This document shows, piece after piece, positions 1 to 12,169 of a DNA stretch of 64,000 bases. The position numbers and the translations under genes are program-made. Source of the DNA: Felis catus (Eukaryota); the NCBI RefSeq assembly GCF_018350175.1, contig NC_058368.1:23500001-23564000 (forward strand), given 5' to 3'. The notes beneath the pieces are model-generated. The model saw only the letters and a list, made by a program, of their open reading frames with translations, did not search any database and was not told the origin of the DNA. The number at the start of each line of letters is the position of its first letter. Positions within the stretch are counted from its first letter, which is position 1.

Positions 1-859
1 TTCTGAAACTGCTTTGTATAACTATCTCCCTCTGCATCTCTTCCTTTTTTTTCTGCAATTGTTCTGCTGGCTTTTATTAAGCCATAGATATTTCACCCCA
101 CTGTGAATCTAAATCTTTTGCTCCGGTTATTTCTACACACCTGCACTGAATTTTAGAACAGAGGTCAGTATACATTCTGGGAACACCACAAAGAAAATAA
201 AATTTTCTCTTACTTTGGCTTGAACTTTTTTTTTTCCAGTCAGTTTCCAGAGTGTTTGTTTCTCAGGCATTTTCTCTTGATGGCAAAAGTCTGTCTCCCA
301 AAAGCATGTTTGGAACTGAAAGTGCATTTGTCTTGAAAGGCTGGCGCCATCTTAAGTGTAAATGTGTGCTTTGTGAACATTAGTAGTTGTTGAGAAAGAC
401 AAATAATGGAGATTGTGTGTATGAGTTCTCTGTGTCTGTATGTGGGAGAGGGAGAGGGAAGTGGGAGGAAGATTAGAAGGGAGTCAGGAGGAAGAAGCAG
501 AAGAGAAGTAAGGAGAGAAAAAGGACGTTGTTTGAGACAGTTGATAAACAGAAATCAGTTTGACCTGAAGCAGGTGCCAGAGTTACAAAGACCATCACAA
601 TAGAACTATATGTACTGATGAGACAGGAAATGATGGGAGAAGGGGACCACTTAGAGGAATCTTGTCAGATAGACAGGAAGGTACCAGAGAAGAAAACTAG
701 GAACGATATAGTCCTCCTTTTCTGGGCTATGTTCTAGAAAAAGTGGCTAACTCAAGCTCCTTGTGACAATGGGTTTAATGATTCAGGAGCCAACTTTTTC
801 AGGACTAGGATCTAGATAAGCAGCTAGATACCTGGAGTGTTGTTTTATTTTTCCTTTTA

Positions 860-1030
860 GTTAAGTTTTTAATTTTAATTCCAGTATAGTTAACATATGG
901 TGTTATATTAGTTTCAGGTGTACGATATAGTCATTCAACAATTCTATACATTTCTCAGTGCTCCTCATGATAAGGATACTCTTAATCCCCTTCATCTATT
1001 TCACCCATTCCCCCACCCACCTCACCTCTG
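860..1030 (-). mobile_element. L1 3' end fragment (carnivore L1), 5'-truncated
   Basis: T-rich tail followed by 'aattccagtatagttaacata...gtttcaggtgtac'; the same 3' end is seen at 11765 and 49100. Confidence 0.8.
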
Positions 1031-1129
1031 ATATGCTTTATTTTAAACAAGTACCCTTACTTAAGGTTTTTTCTTTCAACAAGATCAATTTTTACTTGAA
1101 GCATACTTCAGAATACATGATTCTAAAAG

Positions 1130-2140
1130 ATACATTTAAAATATTCCATCCAAGAAAGATGGAATACACACTTTCTTCTAGAACACATGGAAGAATCCCC
1201 TGGTTAACTCACATAATAAGAAACACAACAAATAGTACACATTTAAGAAGATTGAAATCAAATCATTCTAATCACAATGGCACACAACTAAAGATCAACA
1301 ATAAAACAAAGCCGGAAAATTTACAGGATAAATATTAAATATTTAACATATTAATATTAAACATCACACTACTACATAAGCAATGGGCCAAATAAATCAA
1401 ATGGAAAATCAGAATAGGTCTCAAAAGAAAAACACAATATTTCAAAACCTATGGGATGTAGCAAAAGCAGATGTTAGAGTGAAATTTATCATATAAATGC
1501 TTGTATTAAGTTGTTTATTTGAACTTTTTTTCTTAACATTATAACACAAGGAACTAGAAAAAGAAGAAACTTAGCTGAAATTTAGCAGAGGAAGGAAATA
1601 AAAGAAAATTCAGAAATAAAATAGAGATCAGAATAAACAAATACATAACATTGAACATAGTGACCAGTTTTTCCAAAAAAAAATAAGCAAAATTGGCAAT
1701 GCTTTAACTACATTAAAAAAAGGAACAGAGAAGCCTCAAAAACCAAAATGAGAAATGGAAGACAGTCATCAGATAAACACAATGTGATAACAAGTTACTA
1801 TAAACAATTATATACTAATAAATCAGATAACTTAGAAAAAAACCAGACAATTCCTAAAAATGCACAAGTTGCCATGAATATTTAATCCAAGAAATAGCAA
1901 ATCTCCTTAGACAATAACAAGAATGAAAGTTGAGTTAGGAATCAAAAATCTCCCAGCACAGAGAAGCCCACGACCACATGGTTTCACTGGTGAATACTAC
2001 AAAACATTTAAAAAAGTAATTAAGAACAAACTTTATCAAAATCTTACAAATAATGAAATAGAGGGAACACATTCAAAATCATTCCATGAAGCTGGTAGTA
2101 CCCAGATACCAAAACAGGGAAAAAATAGAACAAAAAAGTC
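1130..2140 (+). mobile_element. Degenerate L1 ORF2 fragment (endonuclease C-terminus to start of RT)
   Basis: Translations FHPRKMEYT...SNHNG and 'IKNLPAQRSPRPHGFTGEYYKTFK...SFHEA' resemble L1 ORF2p; frameshifts and stops present. Confidence 0.8.
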
Positions 2141-2699
2141 TAGTTTGTCCAGTATAAATATTGCTACTCGACTTTCTTTTGACATAGGAAAGCAGAATTA
2201 CTTGGGAAATGATCCCCACAGATATTTATTTTCCTAGTACTAGAGAAGTTGAACACTTGAGGCTACCAGCAGGAGGCGCAAGAATGGAATTAGAAATGGG
2301 GTGTACTGGAAGCCTGATTAATACGCTAAAGGATGTTAATGCAGTCAAAAAGTGACTCTGTCTATAAATTTGTAGTGATTTCAGAAGAAGTGAAAGCACA
2401 AGGCAATAGTCCTAATATTCTGCTTGGTTTTTGCAAAAGAAGAAAGCTTATTACCGCTAGATCTCTTGGGGGACATCTATTCATTATGCTACTTTTCTGA
2501 CCCCCACTCCTTATGTCACATACATCATTTTCAGCCCTCTTTCTTGAACATTTGCCATGGTAGTTGTTTAAACTCTCTCTCTCTCTCTCTTCTTTTACTT
2601 GCTTTTTAAGACACTCCACTTCTAATCTTTCAAACATTTCTTCTTTAACTCACTATGCTATTGGAGCTTTAAGAACCAAACATATATTAGATATTGTTA

Positions 2700-3720
2700 T
2701 TTAATTCAACCATAATTTATCAAACACCCTGGTACTAGATATTGTGCTAAGTGTGGGGATGAAGAGATAAGGAAGCTGACACTGCTTCTTGAGATGCTAT
2801 CATACCAGCAGGTTAGGATAGATTTTCATTAAACAAGCAGACACTACACAGCATATGCATTCTGATGGAGGTGGAGTACAACAGACAATTCTGGGGATGT
2901 CCAGAGTGCTTAACAGGTGTTTACATTTGAGGTGGTCTTGAAAGATGGCTAGGAGCTCACTAAGTGAAAGGAGATGTGGGAAGGGCAGAGGAGGGCTTTC
3001 AGGACGAAGACAATGAAGTAAACAGCCTGGTAGGTCTCAGAATTGGATGGAAGGGTAAGGCTGAAACCTGCACAGTAGGTTTAGGGGAGTGGTGAGGGAT
3101 ATGAATTAAAAGGTAGAGAGGAGCCAGTTCCTGGAGGTTTGGTATGCTGGGTGAGGTAATAGTATGGATGTTATCCTATAGCTGACAAGGAGCCATTCAA
3201 CGATCCAGGAAATAAGTATTATGATCAAGATTTTACTTTAAAGATGAAATTATGATAGCTGTGCCAAGGACTGATTTAAAGACAGGTTAGATAGATGAAG
3301 GAGACACATTAGTGAGCTCTTGCAATTGTTGGTGTGAGACATGAAGTGGCTCTGAGCCAGGTGGGGGTGGTGGGGATGGACTACTGGCTTAGATATTTGA
3401 GAGGCAGAAAAATAGTATTCAGCAACTGGTTGGATACTAGGGGTAAAGAAGAAAGGAGACTATGATTCAGGAGGAGAAAAGATGTTTGGGTGAAGAAAAA
3501 GAGTTAAGTTTTGGATATGTGCTTGAGGGGTCATAGGACACCTAGATGGAGTTAATGGAAGTCAGTTTCATTACAATAGAGGGTGAAGCTCTTGAAGAAA
3601 ATGAGACTGCCTGGGACATTATAAAGAGAGAAAAGATCCTTGAGAATACCAGTAATTGAAAAACAGGGAAAGGAAGAAGATAAGTCAGCCAAGAGTAAGA
3701 GAGCTGTCAGAAAGGTAGGA
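2700..3720 (-). mobile_element. L2 LINE relic
   Basis: Reverse-complement L2 3' end (attcaac...ttatcaaacacc...gtgctaagtgtggggat) followed by typical purine-rich L2 body. Confidence 0.65.
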
Positions 3721-4199
3721 GAACCTCTTACCAGTGCAAAATGCCTCTAATCCTGTGGGTTGAAACTGATAGAATTAATTACCTCTGCAAATGAATCACC
3801 ATTCAAATCAGGAGTATGCACAAATTCAGAGTATTCAGAGTACCAAATTCAAAAATAATGGTACTATATAAATGGTTGTCTTAAAACGGAGTGTGTGAAA
3901 AGACTCTTCAACAGATCTGGGGACTTAATGAAACTTACAATAATGTAGGAAGCCAATTTAATCCAGAATGTAAAGGAGTGAATTCAAAAAGCTTCAGTAT
4001 GAAGGAGACTTTCTTTGAGCAGTTCATTTGGAAAATACATGATTTCTCTTACATTTGTCCTTTTACCTTAAATTTCTTTTTCTCTAAGTTTAGTTCAAGA
4101 AGAGATTGATATTCAAAATTAGATTTATGCAAGGGACATTTTAGAGAATTGTAGCTGGAACATCTGTATATATCAGATACAGTTGTGGCCAGTGCTTTT

Positions 4200-5070
4200 A
4201 TTCTTCTTTCATTAAAAAATATATCTTGGCTATCTTTCCATATCAGTACACAAAGAGCTTCCTTCTTTTTTTAAAAATTGCTGTGAAGTATTCTACTGAA
4301 TGGATGTAAGTAAGATAATAGCTGACTCCATATTGCTGGAAATTTAGGTAATTTTTAATCTTTTCCACTACAAACAGTGCTGCAATGAATAACCATATAC
4401 ATGTGTCATTTTTACAATCTGTTGATCTATCTGTATGATAAATTCCTAAAAGAGGAATTGCTACATCAAATATGCACATTTGTAATTTTAATAGATATTG
4501 CCAAATTGCCTCTATATGAGTTGTTCCAAACAGCATTTTCACCAGCAATATGGAAGAGTAGTTCATCTTTTTGCCACTGCTTTGCCAACAAAGCTGCGTC
4601 CAAATTTTCAAAATACTGCCAATTGCATAAATTAAAAACACAGTATATTTTAATTTGCATTGTTGTTATGAATGTGATTGAAGGCATTTCCTATATTTAG
4701 TATATATAGGTCCTTGTCTGTGGACTATTTATTCATTTCTTTTGCCTTTTCTATTTTTTATTGGTAGGAATTCATTATGTATTAATTAAACTGATACATA
4801 AATTTCCCAAAGTTATCGTTTGTCTTTTGCCTTTGCTTATGGTGTTTTTGCTTTGCAGAAAATTTTAACTTAAAAGTAGTCAAATTTATCGGTTATTTAA
4901 AGTTTGTTTAAAAAATTCTGTTTTTAAATTTTGTAAGGTAATAAAGTTATAAAGGTCTCTGTTATTCTGAAGTTGTACAAAATATTCTCCTGTTTTCCCT
5001 CTAATACCATGGTTTTGTTTGTTTTTTAATTTTTAAAGGTATTTGGAAATTTTGCTGATATAAAGTTGGA
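4200..5070 (-). mobile_element. Old L1M 3' region (ORF2 C-terminus and 3' UTR)
   Basis: Minus ORF 4243-4641 contains 'FDVAIPLLGIY...DTCIWLFIAALF', the L1 ORF2 C-terminal motif. Confidence 0.75.
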
Positions 5071-5433
5071 ATCCCTGGGTAGACAATTAGCTTAGACCAG
5101 AAAAATAAGTAATTGAGAATGAGAAACTTGAAGATGTTCTTTTATCCTAAAATACCAGAATTATTATAAAAATTTTTGGAGTGGAAGGTGGCTGCCATGA
5201 TTTCAACACTCCAAAATACTAGAAGCAATTTAATTTCTATTCTTTTTTGTTTATTTCAGCCATGTATTAAATAGAACTTAGGTAAAGAAATATTCTTTCT
5301 TTACATTAGCTTGGAGGCAGACACAAAGAGTTCTGACCAGTGGTAGGTATAGAATGGAAGAACAGAAAGTTAAAGAGCCTTAAAGTATTGTGAGGTGCGG
5401 ACCAGACTTTTGAGGACAAAGGACACAATAGCA

Positions 5434-5435
5434 TT

Positions 5436-5482
<47 letters not shown>

Positions 5483-5490
5483 TCTATCTA
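5434..5490. repeat. (TTTA)n microsatellite
   Basis: Read directly. Confidence 0.95.
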
Positions 5491-5504
5491 CTAACTAGAT
5501 TTTA

Positions 5505-5560
5505 TTTTTTAAAATATTTATTTATTTTTGAGAGACAGAGTGTGAGCAGGGGAGGGGCAG

Positions 5561-5608
<48 letters not shown>

Positions 5609-5721
5609 TCTGAAGCAGGCTCCAGGCACAGAGCCTGCCTTGGGGCTTGAACCAACAAACTGTGAGATCATGAACTGGGCCAAAGTCGGATGCTTAACCA
5701 ACTAAGCCACCCATGTGCCCC
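5505..5721 (-). mobile_element. Can-SINE with internal (CA)n expansion
   Basis: tRNA-derived head ending 'gccacccatgtgcccc'; TSD ctactaa(c/t)(t/c)aga on both sides; (CA)n at ~5564-5604. Confidence 0.9.
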
Positions 5722-5737
5722 ACTACTAACCAGACTA

Positions 5738-5920
5738 TTTTATTTTATATTTTATTTTATTTTATTTTATTTTATTTTATTTTATTTTATTTTATTTTAT
5801 TTTATTTTTTATTTTATTTTTTATTTTATTTTATTTTTTATTTTATTTTTTATTTTATTTTATTTTATTTTATTTTATTTTATTTTATTTTATTTTATTT
5901 TATTTTATTTTATTTTATAT
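5738..5920. repeat. Long (TTTTA)n tract
   Basis: Read directly; flanked by copies of tactaaccaga. Confidence 0.95.
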
Positions 5921-6062
5921 TTTTGACCTTTTATCCTTTTTTACTAACCAGATTTTAGAGTGAAACTGGAGAAGGATTATTGGGGAAAAAATTTGAACTG
6001 AATTAGTATTGAATTTTACTCCCAAGGATGTGATAAATAATGACTTTAAAATAGTCCTTGCA

Positions 6063-6271
6063 GGGGCACCTGGGTGGCTCAGTTCATTAGGTGTTGGACT
6101 TCAGCTCAGGTCATGATCTTGCAGTTTGTGGGTTCGAGCCCTGCTTTGGGCTCTGTGCTGACAGTTTGGAGCCTGGGGTCTGCTTCAGATTCTGTGTCTT
6201 TTTCTCTCTCTGCCCACCCCTGCTCTTTCTCTCTCTCAAAAATCAATGAACATTATAAAAAATAAATAAAT
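6063..6271 (+). mobile_element. Can-SINE
   Basis: ggggcacctgggtggctcag head, (CT) body, A tail; TSD ttaaaatag(t/c)ccttgca. Confidence 0.95.
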
Positions 6272-6309
6272 TTAAAATAGCCCTTGCATTAAGTTTTGTC
6301 ATCAGTTTG

Positions 6310-6420
6310 GTTTAGGTCAGGCCAGGTTTTGCTGCCAAATGAGTTTCCAAAAAACATTTGTTTTCAGAACTTTCTGAATTCTGTCTTCAGAATTTCAGTC
6401 AATAGATTGTGGACTTGCAT
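6310..6420. mobile_element. Probable TcMar-Tigger-type MITE fragment
   Basis: 'ggttttgctgccaaatgagtt...ttttcagaactttctgaatt...gattgtggacttg' resembles a Tigger-class non-autonomous end. Confidence 0.4.
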
Positions 6421-6719
6421 TGTGCAAATGATTTGAGTTGTGTCGCTGCAGTGATTTTCCCTGTATTTATCACTATCAGAAGAGGATAGTTCTCTGTGGC
6501 AGGATATTTTACTCTTTTGACAATGACTGCAAGAATAGAAAAGAAGTTTCGTGTTTTAAATACGTCTTTACCTACAGTTTCATTTGATGGAATACCATGA
6601 ACAAAACTCTTCCATAATATATTGTGTATGGAACATTCTCAGATAAAACCACAATCATTTTTTCCCATATATTTCATAGTTTTCAGATCACTTATATTGT
6701 GGCTTGTAGTTAATATTCC

Positions 6720-7810
6720 ACTGGTTAAATACTCTGCATACGTGTTTACACTGCGCATGGTTTTAGGTGTTGGGGAAACAAATGAGAGATGCTCTTGCCG
6801 TCCATTTAGTGAGACAAACAAGTAAACCAGTAAGCATAGCCCAGTGTGGTGAGTGTTATGTACAAATAGGAACAGGGTGCTTTGGGGACACGGAGGAAGC
6901 ACAGCTAAACCAAACAGGGGCTTGAACTGAGTTCTGAACATCCAAAGAAACTTGAAATTGTTCTTTGAGAAAACTTTTTGGAGTGGAAGGTGGCTTCCAT
7001 GATTTTAATACCCCAAAAGACTAAAAGTAATTTTGTTTCAGTGTTTGCTTATTTTAGCAATATATTAAATATAACTTAGGTGGATAAAGAAAAAAAGTTA
7101 AGTGAAGACCTGGAAAAATAAATGCAGGAAAAACAAACTTGCAAGGTACATGGATAGGGAAGTTCAAATGGTTTAGCTGGGCTGGAGTGAAAAGTGTGTA
7201 AGGGCTGAGGAAAGCACAGCCAGAAAGGTAGGAAAGAGATCATGAGGGGTCTTGGGTCCTGAGTAATGGCATATGACCATTGTTATGAAAGCTAGGGGGT
7301 TAGGGAATACATTGAATAATTTTAAGCAGAGATCTGACATAACTGTTTGCCTTTGATAAAGACATCATGATATTTCTGTGGAGGGCAAATAGAGGTGCAT
7401 CAGAGGGAAGTTGGGAGATCTAGCAAAAAATGGTGAAGGCCTAACCTAACAGGATGGATGGAAGGAGGGAAGACTCAAGAGGTATTAAGGCCATAGAAGC
7501 TATAGAGACCAATGATTGACTGAATGTGGAAGAGTGGAAGTAAAGGTGAGTCCCAGATTTCTTGGTTGAGTAGTTTGGTATCAGATGGTAATGACCTCAC
7601 TGTGGAGGAGCTGGCTTGGAGAAAGGTGACCAATTTGCCAATGGGATAAATTAATAAAGTTACCCAGGATATGGTTAGCAGCATTTCGTCATGTGGGAGA
7701 GAGGTCAGCGCCAGAGAATAGATCTGGGCTTTATCCCAATATTCCTGATTTTTGTGCCAGAGATTTGGATTTGATTATTTAGGGTGGGGCCATAGAGTAA
7801 AGAAGAGAGA
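6720..7810 (-). mobile_element. L2 LINE relic, interrupted by a duplicated segment at ~6946-7090
   Basis: L2-like purine-rich body (e.g. 'aaaggtgagtcccagatttcttggttgagtagtttgg'). Confidence 0.6.
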
Positions 7811-8749
7811 TTATGGGTCTGCGCCTTAAACAGACAAATGCATCTCCTATACAAATTGGGCAGCAATTATTATTTTTAAATAGTTTCCTGATAGGGGTGC
7901 CTATAAGTAATGAATTAACATTTCCAACTGGTTGGATCAAATGCTCAGACTGGTTAACACGTAGCAGAAAATAGCCAGGATGGAAAAGTGGCAGATAGGG
8001 CCTAACTCTGTTGCTCCTGATTTGAGATTAAAGAGTTTAAGCTCTCTTTCAAAGGAGTCTCAGTGGATACCTTTCCACACTGGAGAAGTGACCTGAGTAG
8101 TGTCTCCAGTGGTCATCATGAAATATTATTGATTTCTTGTCTTCCTATATCTTGCCAGTGGGAGAGTGTTGGAATGTTATGGGCCTAATGTACATGAGCA
8201 CTTGCAATTTTGTTGAGGGTAGTGAGGTCAGACTTTGGGATTTAGGTCTGTTATTGTTGAGTCTGAGCTGTCAGGTGTTGTTCTCCAGCTCTGGGCAAAC
8301 TATCCCATCCCAATCTTTCTATCTCAGAATGTATGTAAAAGATAAAAAAGAAGCTTCCAGAATCTCTTTCCATTCCCATTTCATGCTAGTCTCCCGCTCA
8401 GTTAGTGTGTTACAGAGTCACTAATCTTACTTTAGTGTCTTCAACTCACTGATCTATTTTATCTACCACAGAATTTCAGCACCCCCCCTACCCCCACTCT
8501 TACTCATGACTGGCACTTTCTCATTTTTCAAGTTTCAGATTATTTTCTGTCTTTCTCCCTGATCATCAATTACAAGTTCATCTCCCTTTCTACTTTCTCA
8601 GCAATATGTCCATTTGCCTACTTGTTTGATATATTTCCCTTACTAAATTTTAGATTTCAAAGGTAGTAACCCATTTCTGTGTTGTTCAATATCATATCTT
8701 GAAAATAATAATAATCATAATGCAAAGACATTTCAAATGCATTTTCATT

Positions 8750-8910
8750 TGAATCACTAACTGTACCAAGGAGTGTTATTAACATATCTCATTGATTAAA
8801 TGAGACATTTGAGGACCAGAAGGCTCAAGTAAGTTACCCAGGGTCACACAGCTAGGAAGTGCAGAGCTGCACTCCTGATTTCTGACTGACAGGCCATTGC
8901 TCTTTTCATT
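8750..8910 (-). mobile_element. MIR
   Basis: 'gagg...agaaggctcaagtaagttacccagggtcacacagctaggaagtg' MIR core. Confidence 0.7.
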
Positions 8911-10546
8911 GCCATGAGGGCAACATCACAATGTCACCTTCCAAAGGAGCAATGTTCCTCTCTAATAAGCTATCTACTTGCAAAGTCTTCACTTGTCTGT
9001 CTGTCTTTCCTTTTGAGACAGTTTCTTTTATACCCCCCTGAAATCTTAAGTAGATCTATTAGAACTCCACAGAGGGATGATTTTGTTTTCCCTGTAAAAG
9101 GGAATAGCCACTGCTTTCAGAACTGATTAGAAGTGATGTCTTTCCCTGGGGACACAATCAGCCCTGGAGAGTAGGTTCTGATGATGTCTGAGTTTCTTTC
9201 TCCTGCTCTGCCCTGGAGGAGGTGAAGGGCTTTCAGCCTTTACTTTTTAATGACTCTGTAAGGGAAAAAGAACGAGCTGATGCCAGAGAAGAGGGTGGTC
9301 ATATTAGAAATGGTAACGGGGCGTGAGAGGTTATAAGCCATGTGTCATTGGCAGGGGACTGACTTTGGAGTCCTTTTCCCATACATGGTAATGATTGCAA
9401 GGAGCTAACTAATTGCCAATTTCTCTCTTTAAATTACTTCTCTTCCTGTCATTAAGGAGCTCTGTAACACAGATACATAAGTAAAAGTGCCAATTCTATA
9501 TTTACTTGCATAATCTCTTCCCTCAATATTTACTTCTAAACCAGGCAAGAGGGGGCCACCCTGACGAATCAGAATTTCAGAGAGTACTGATAGCCCTCCA
9601 ATTAGAATAAGATGAAATATAAATTACTCTGGGTGAGGTTCCTCCTCCTCCTCACTCTCCTGAACTATCTTAGATTTGTTTTATATAAACCACTTCTGAC
9701 TTCTATATTTTGTTTCCATGCCACAACCCCCCTTACCCCGCCCCCATTCTGATAAATTTCTCCTTGGTTACAGTGGTGGTATAAAGGAGAACACCTTTAA
9801 TATTGCCATCTCAGTTTGCTCTCTGAACAAAGAGAATAACACAAAGAAGTGGAAAATCCCTTCAAGGCAGCCTTGGTAGTTCTTTCCACTGTATCAAGAA
9901 AGGCCACAGAACAACTTAAAGTTTACTGTTGTGCAAACACATCATTGTATTGAAGCAGTTGCAAAGTCATGTTGAAGCAGAGTTTTAATTTCCACCCGCA
10001 ACAAAACCTTGTGTACCTACAACCCAGAAGATCCAGCAAATCACCCTTCAGTTAATGAAATTTGAGTGGAGAAATTCTAATGTATATTTTTCTATATTTT
10101 GAAGATCTATAATTGCATATATTAATATACTGAAAAAATAAACATTATTAAAAATTACCGTGCATGAGCTTCTATATACTATAGAAAACCATGCAGAACA
10201 AAAAGACTAGAAAGAAATGGGGGAAGTTATTAATACTGGTTATTATTTTTAAGTTATTTTTACTGGATGGTAGGCCAATGGGAGGTTTGTTTTACTCTCA
10301 TCTATTATGGAATTAGCATATGTTACTTTCAAAATGGAAAATTAAACAAAAAAAATGGAGTTAGAGAAAGAACCCACCAGTGTGGTAGTGTATACAAAAC
10401 TTACAATCCAAACATTAATAGAAAAAGCACTCTGGACAAGAGTCATATATGAAAACCAGACACTTTGTATTACAGACTGAAAGAAAAAAAATCTTCCTAA
10501 GAATTTGGGTCACCTAAGCATCAAACTTACGAGTGATGAGGAAGCA

Positions 10547-11440
10547 TGAGGCAGGCTGAGGGGCAAAGCACAAGCTAGCACCTCGCCCCTCAGCCCCCCA
10601 GGTGGGATCCTGACATTCCTGGCTATCCAAGAACAAAGGAAAGGGGTTTAAGTGCTTGCCATGTTGATGTGGGAAACTAAGGCAAATAAATTAAATTCCC
10701 CGGGCACCTGGGTGGCTTAGTTGGTTAAGCGTCCAACTTCAGCTCAGGTCATGATCTTACGGTTAGTGAGTTGGAGCCCCGCATCGGGTTCTGTGCTGAT
10801 AGCTCAGAGCCTGGAGCCTGCTTCAGATTCTGTGTCTCCCTCTTTCTCTGCTCCTCCCCTGCTTGCGCTCTGTCTCTCTCTTTCTCAAAAATAAGTAAAC
10901 ATTAAAAAAATTAAAGAAAACTAAATTCCCTTACTGCCTTCAGCTCATTGACAAGTCCTTGAAACAGGCACAGTGACCTCCCTCTAGGAGCTCAACTGCC
11001 TCAGTGAGGACAGTTCCTTAGGGGCAAAAGAGAACCTTGGTTTAACATTGTCCCAACCTCAAGGATCCTGTAAATCTACCTTCTTTATCTCAGTTGCTCC
11101 AGGATATATGCTGACAATCATGCTCCAACCTTATTGGCCCCCTGATATACATCTGAAGGGTCTCAAGACTGTGGTTTTATTAAGTGGTAATTTATGGTGT
11201 TTCCCTAGCAACAGCTAGCCCCTCAAGGTTCTGGAAACCTTTCCAAAATTCCTCGGAAGGTACATACCTTGAGGATATATAATGAGTTACCCATCACAAC
11301 CCCAGAGCAGCTCTTCCTGCCCATGGGTCCTGTCCCCTGTGCTTTAATAAAATCACCTTTTTTGCACCAAAGACACCTTGAGGAATTCTTTCTTGATCGT
11401 TGACTCTGGACCACCCCACCATCACCCCAAAACTTGATCA
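10547..11440 (+). mobile_element. Solo ERV LTR containing a nested Can-SINE
   Basis: TG...CA termini; GAAGCA direct repeat at 10541-10546 and 11441-11446; TATA-like gatatataat near 11273; AATAAA near 11346. Confidence 0.8.
10702..10920 (+). mobile_element. Can-SINE nested in the LTR
   Basis: Canonical head and tail; TSD taaattccc. Confidence 0.95.
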
Positions 11441-12135
11441 GAAGCATGGTGTTCCTAAAGCTATTTATGAAGATGATCCAACCACTTCAGTGGACATCTA
11501 TGTACAGCATATGCTTCAATTGGTAAAACTAACCACAAGTAACAGCTATTCCGTGAGTGTCTTCATTTATTTTTTAATTTTATTTCACACTTAATATTTA
11601 AAAGCTTTATTGAAGTATAATTTATAATATTTTCCATTTTTTAAGTATGTGAATTAAATTTTTAAATAAATTTACAGAGTTGGGCAGCCATTACCATGCT
11701 TCAATTTTATTTCAAATTTTTTCATTTCTGTGATTAATTTAAATTTAATTTTTTTTAAATGATAATTCCAGTATAGTTAACATAGGGTGTTATGTTAGTT
11801 TCAGGTGCATAATATAGTGGTTCAACAATTCCATGTATTATTCTGTGCCCATCAAGATAAGTGTACTATTAATCCCCTTCACCTGTTTCACTCATCCCCC
11901 TACCCACCACCCCTCTGGCAACCATCAGTTTGTTCTATATAGTTAGGAGTCTGTTTTTTGGTTTTTCTCTTTTTTTTTCCTGTTTATTTGTTGATTAAAT
12001 TCCACATAGGAGTGAAATCTTATGGTATTTGTCTTTCTCTAACTGACTTATTTGGCTTAGCATTTATACTCTTTAGCTCCATCCATGTCATTGCAAATGG
12101 CAAGACGTCTTTCTTTTTATGGCTGAATAATATTT

Positions 12136-12169
<34 letters not shown>

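Noticed and set aside
5395..5958. ORFs rich in F, I, L and Y that resemble membrane proteins
   Set aside because: They are translations of TTTA and TTTTA microsatellites
9470..9517. Imperfect inverted repeat (aagtaaa…tttactt)
   Set aside because: The stem is too short and AT-rich to call a MITE or pre-miRNA
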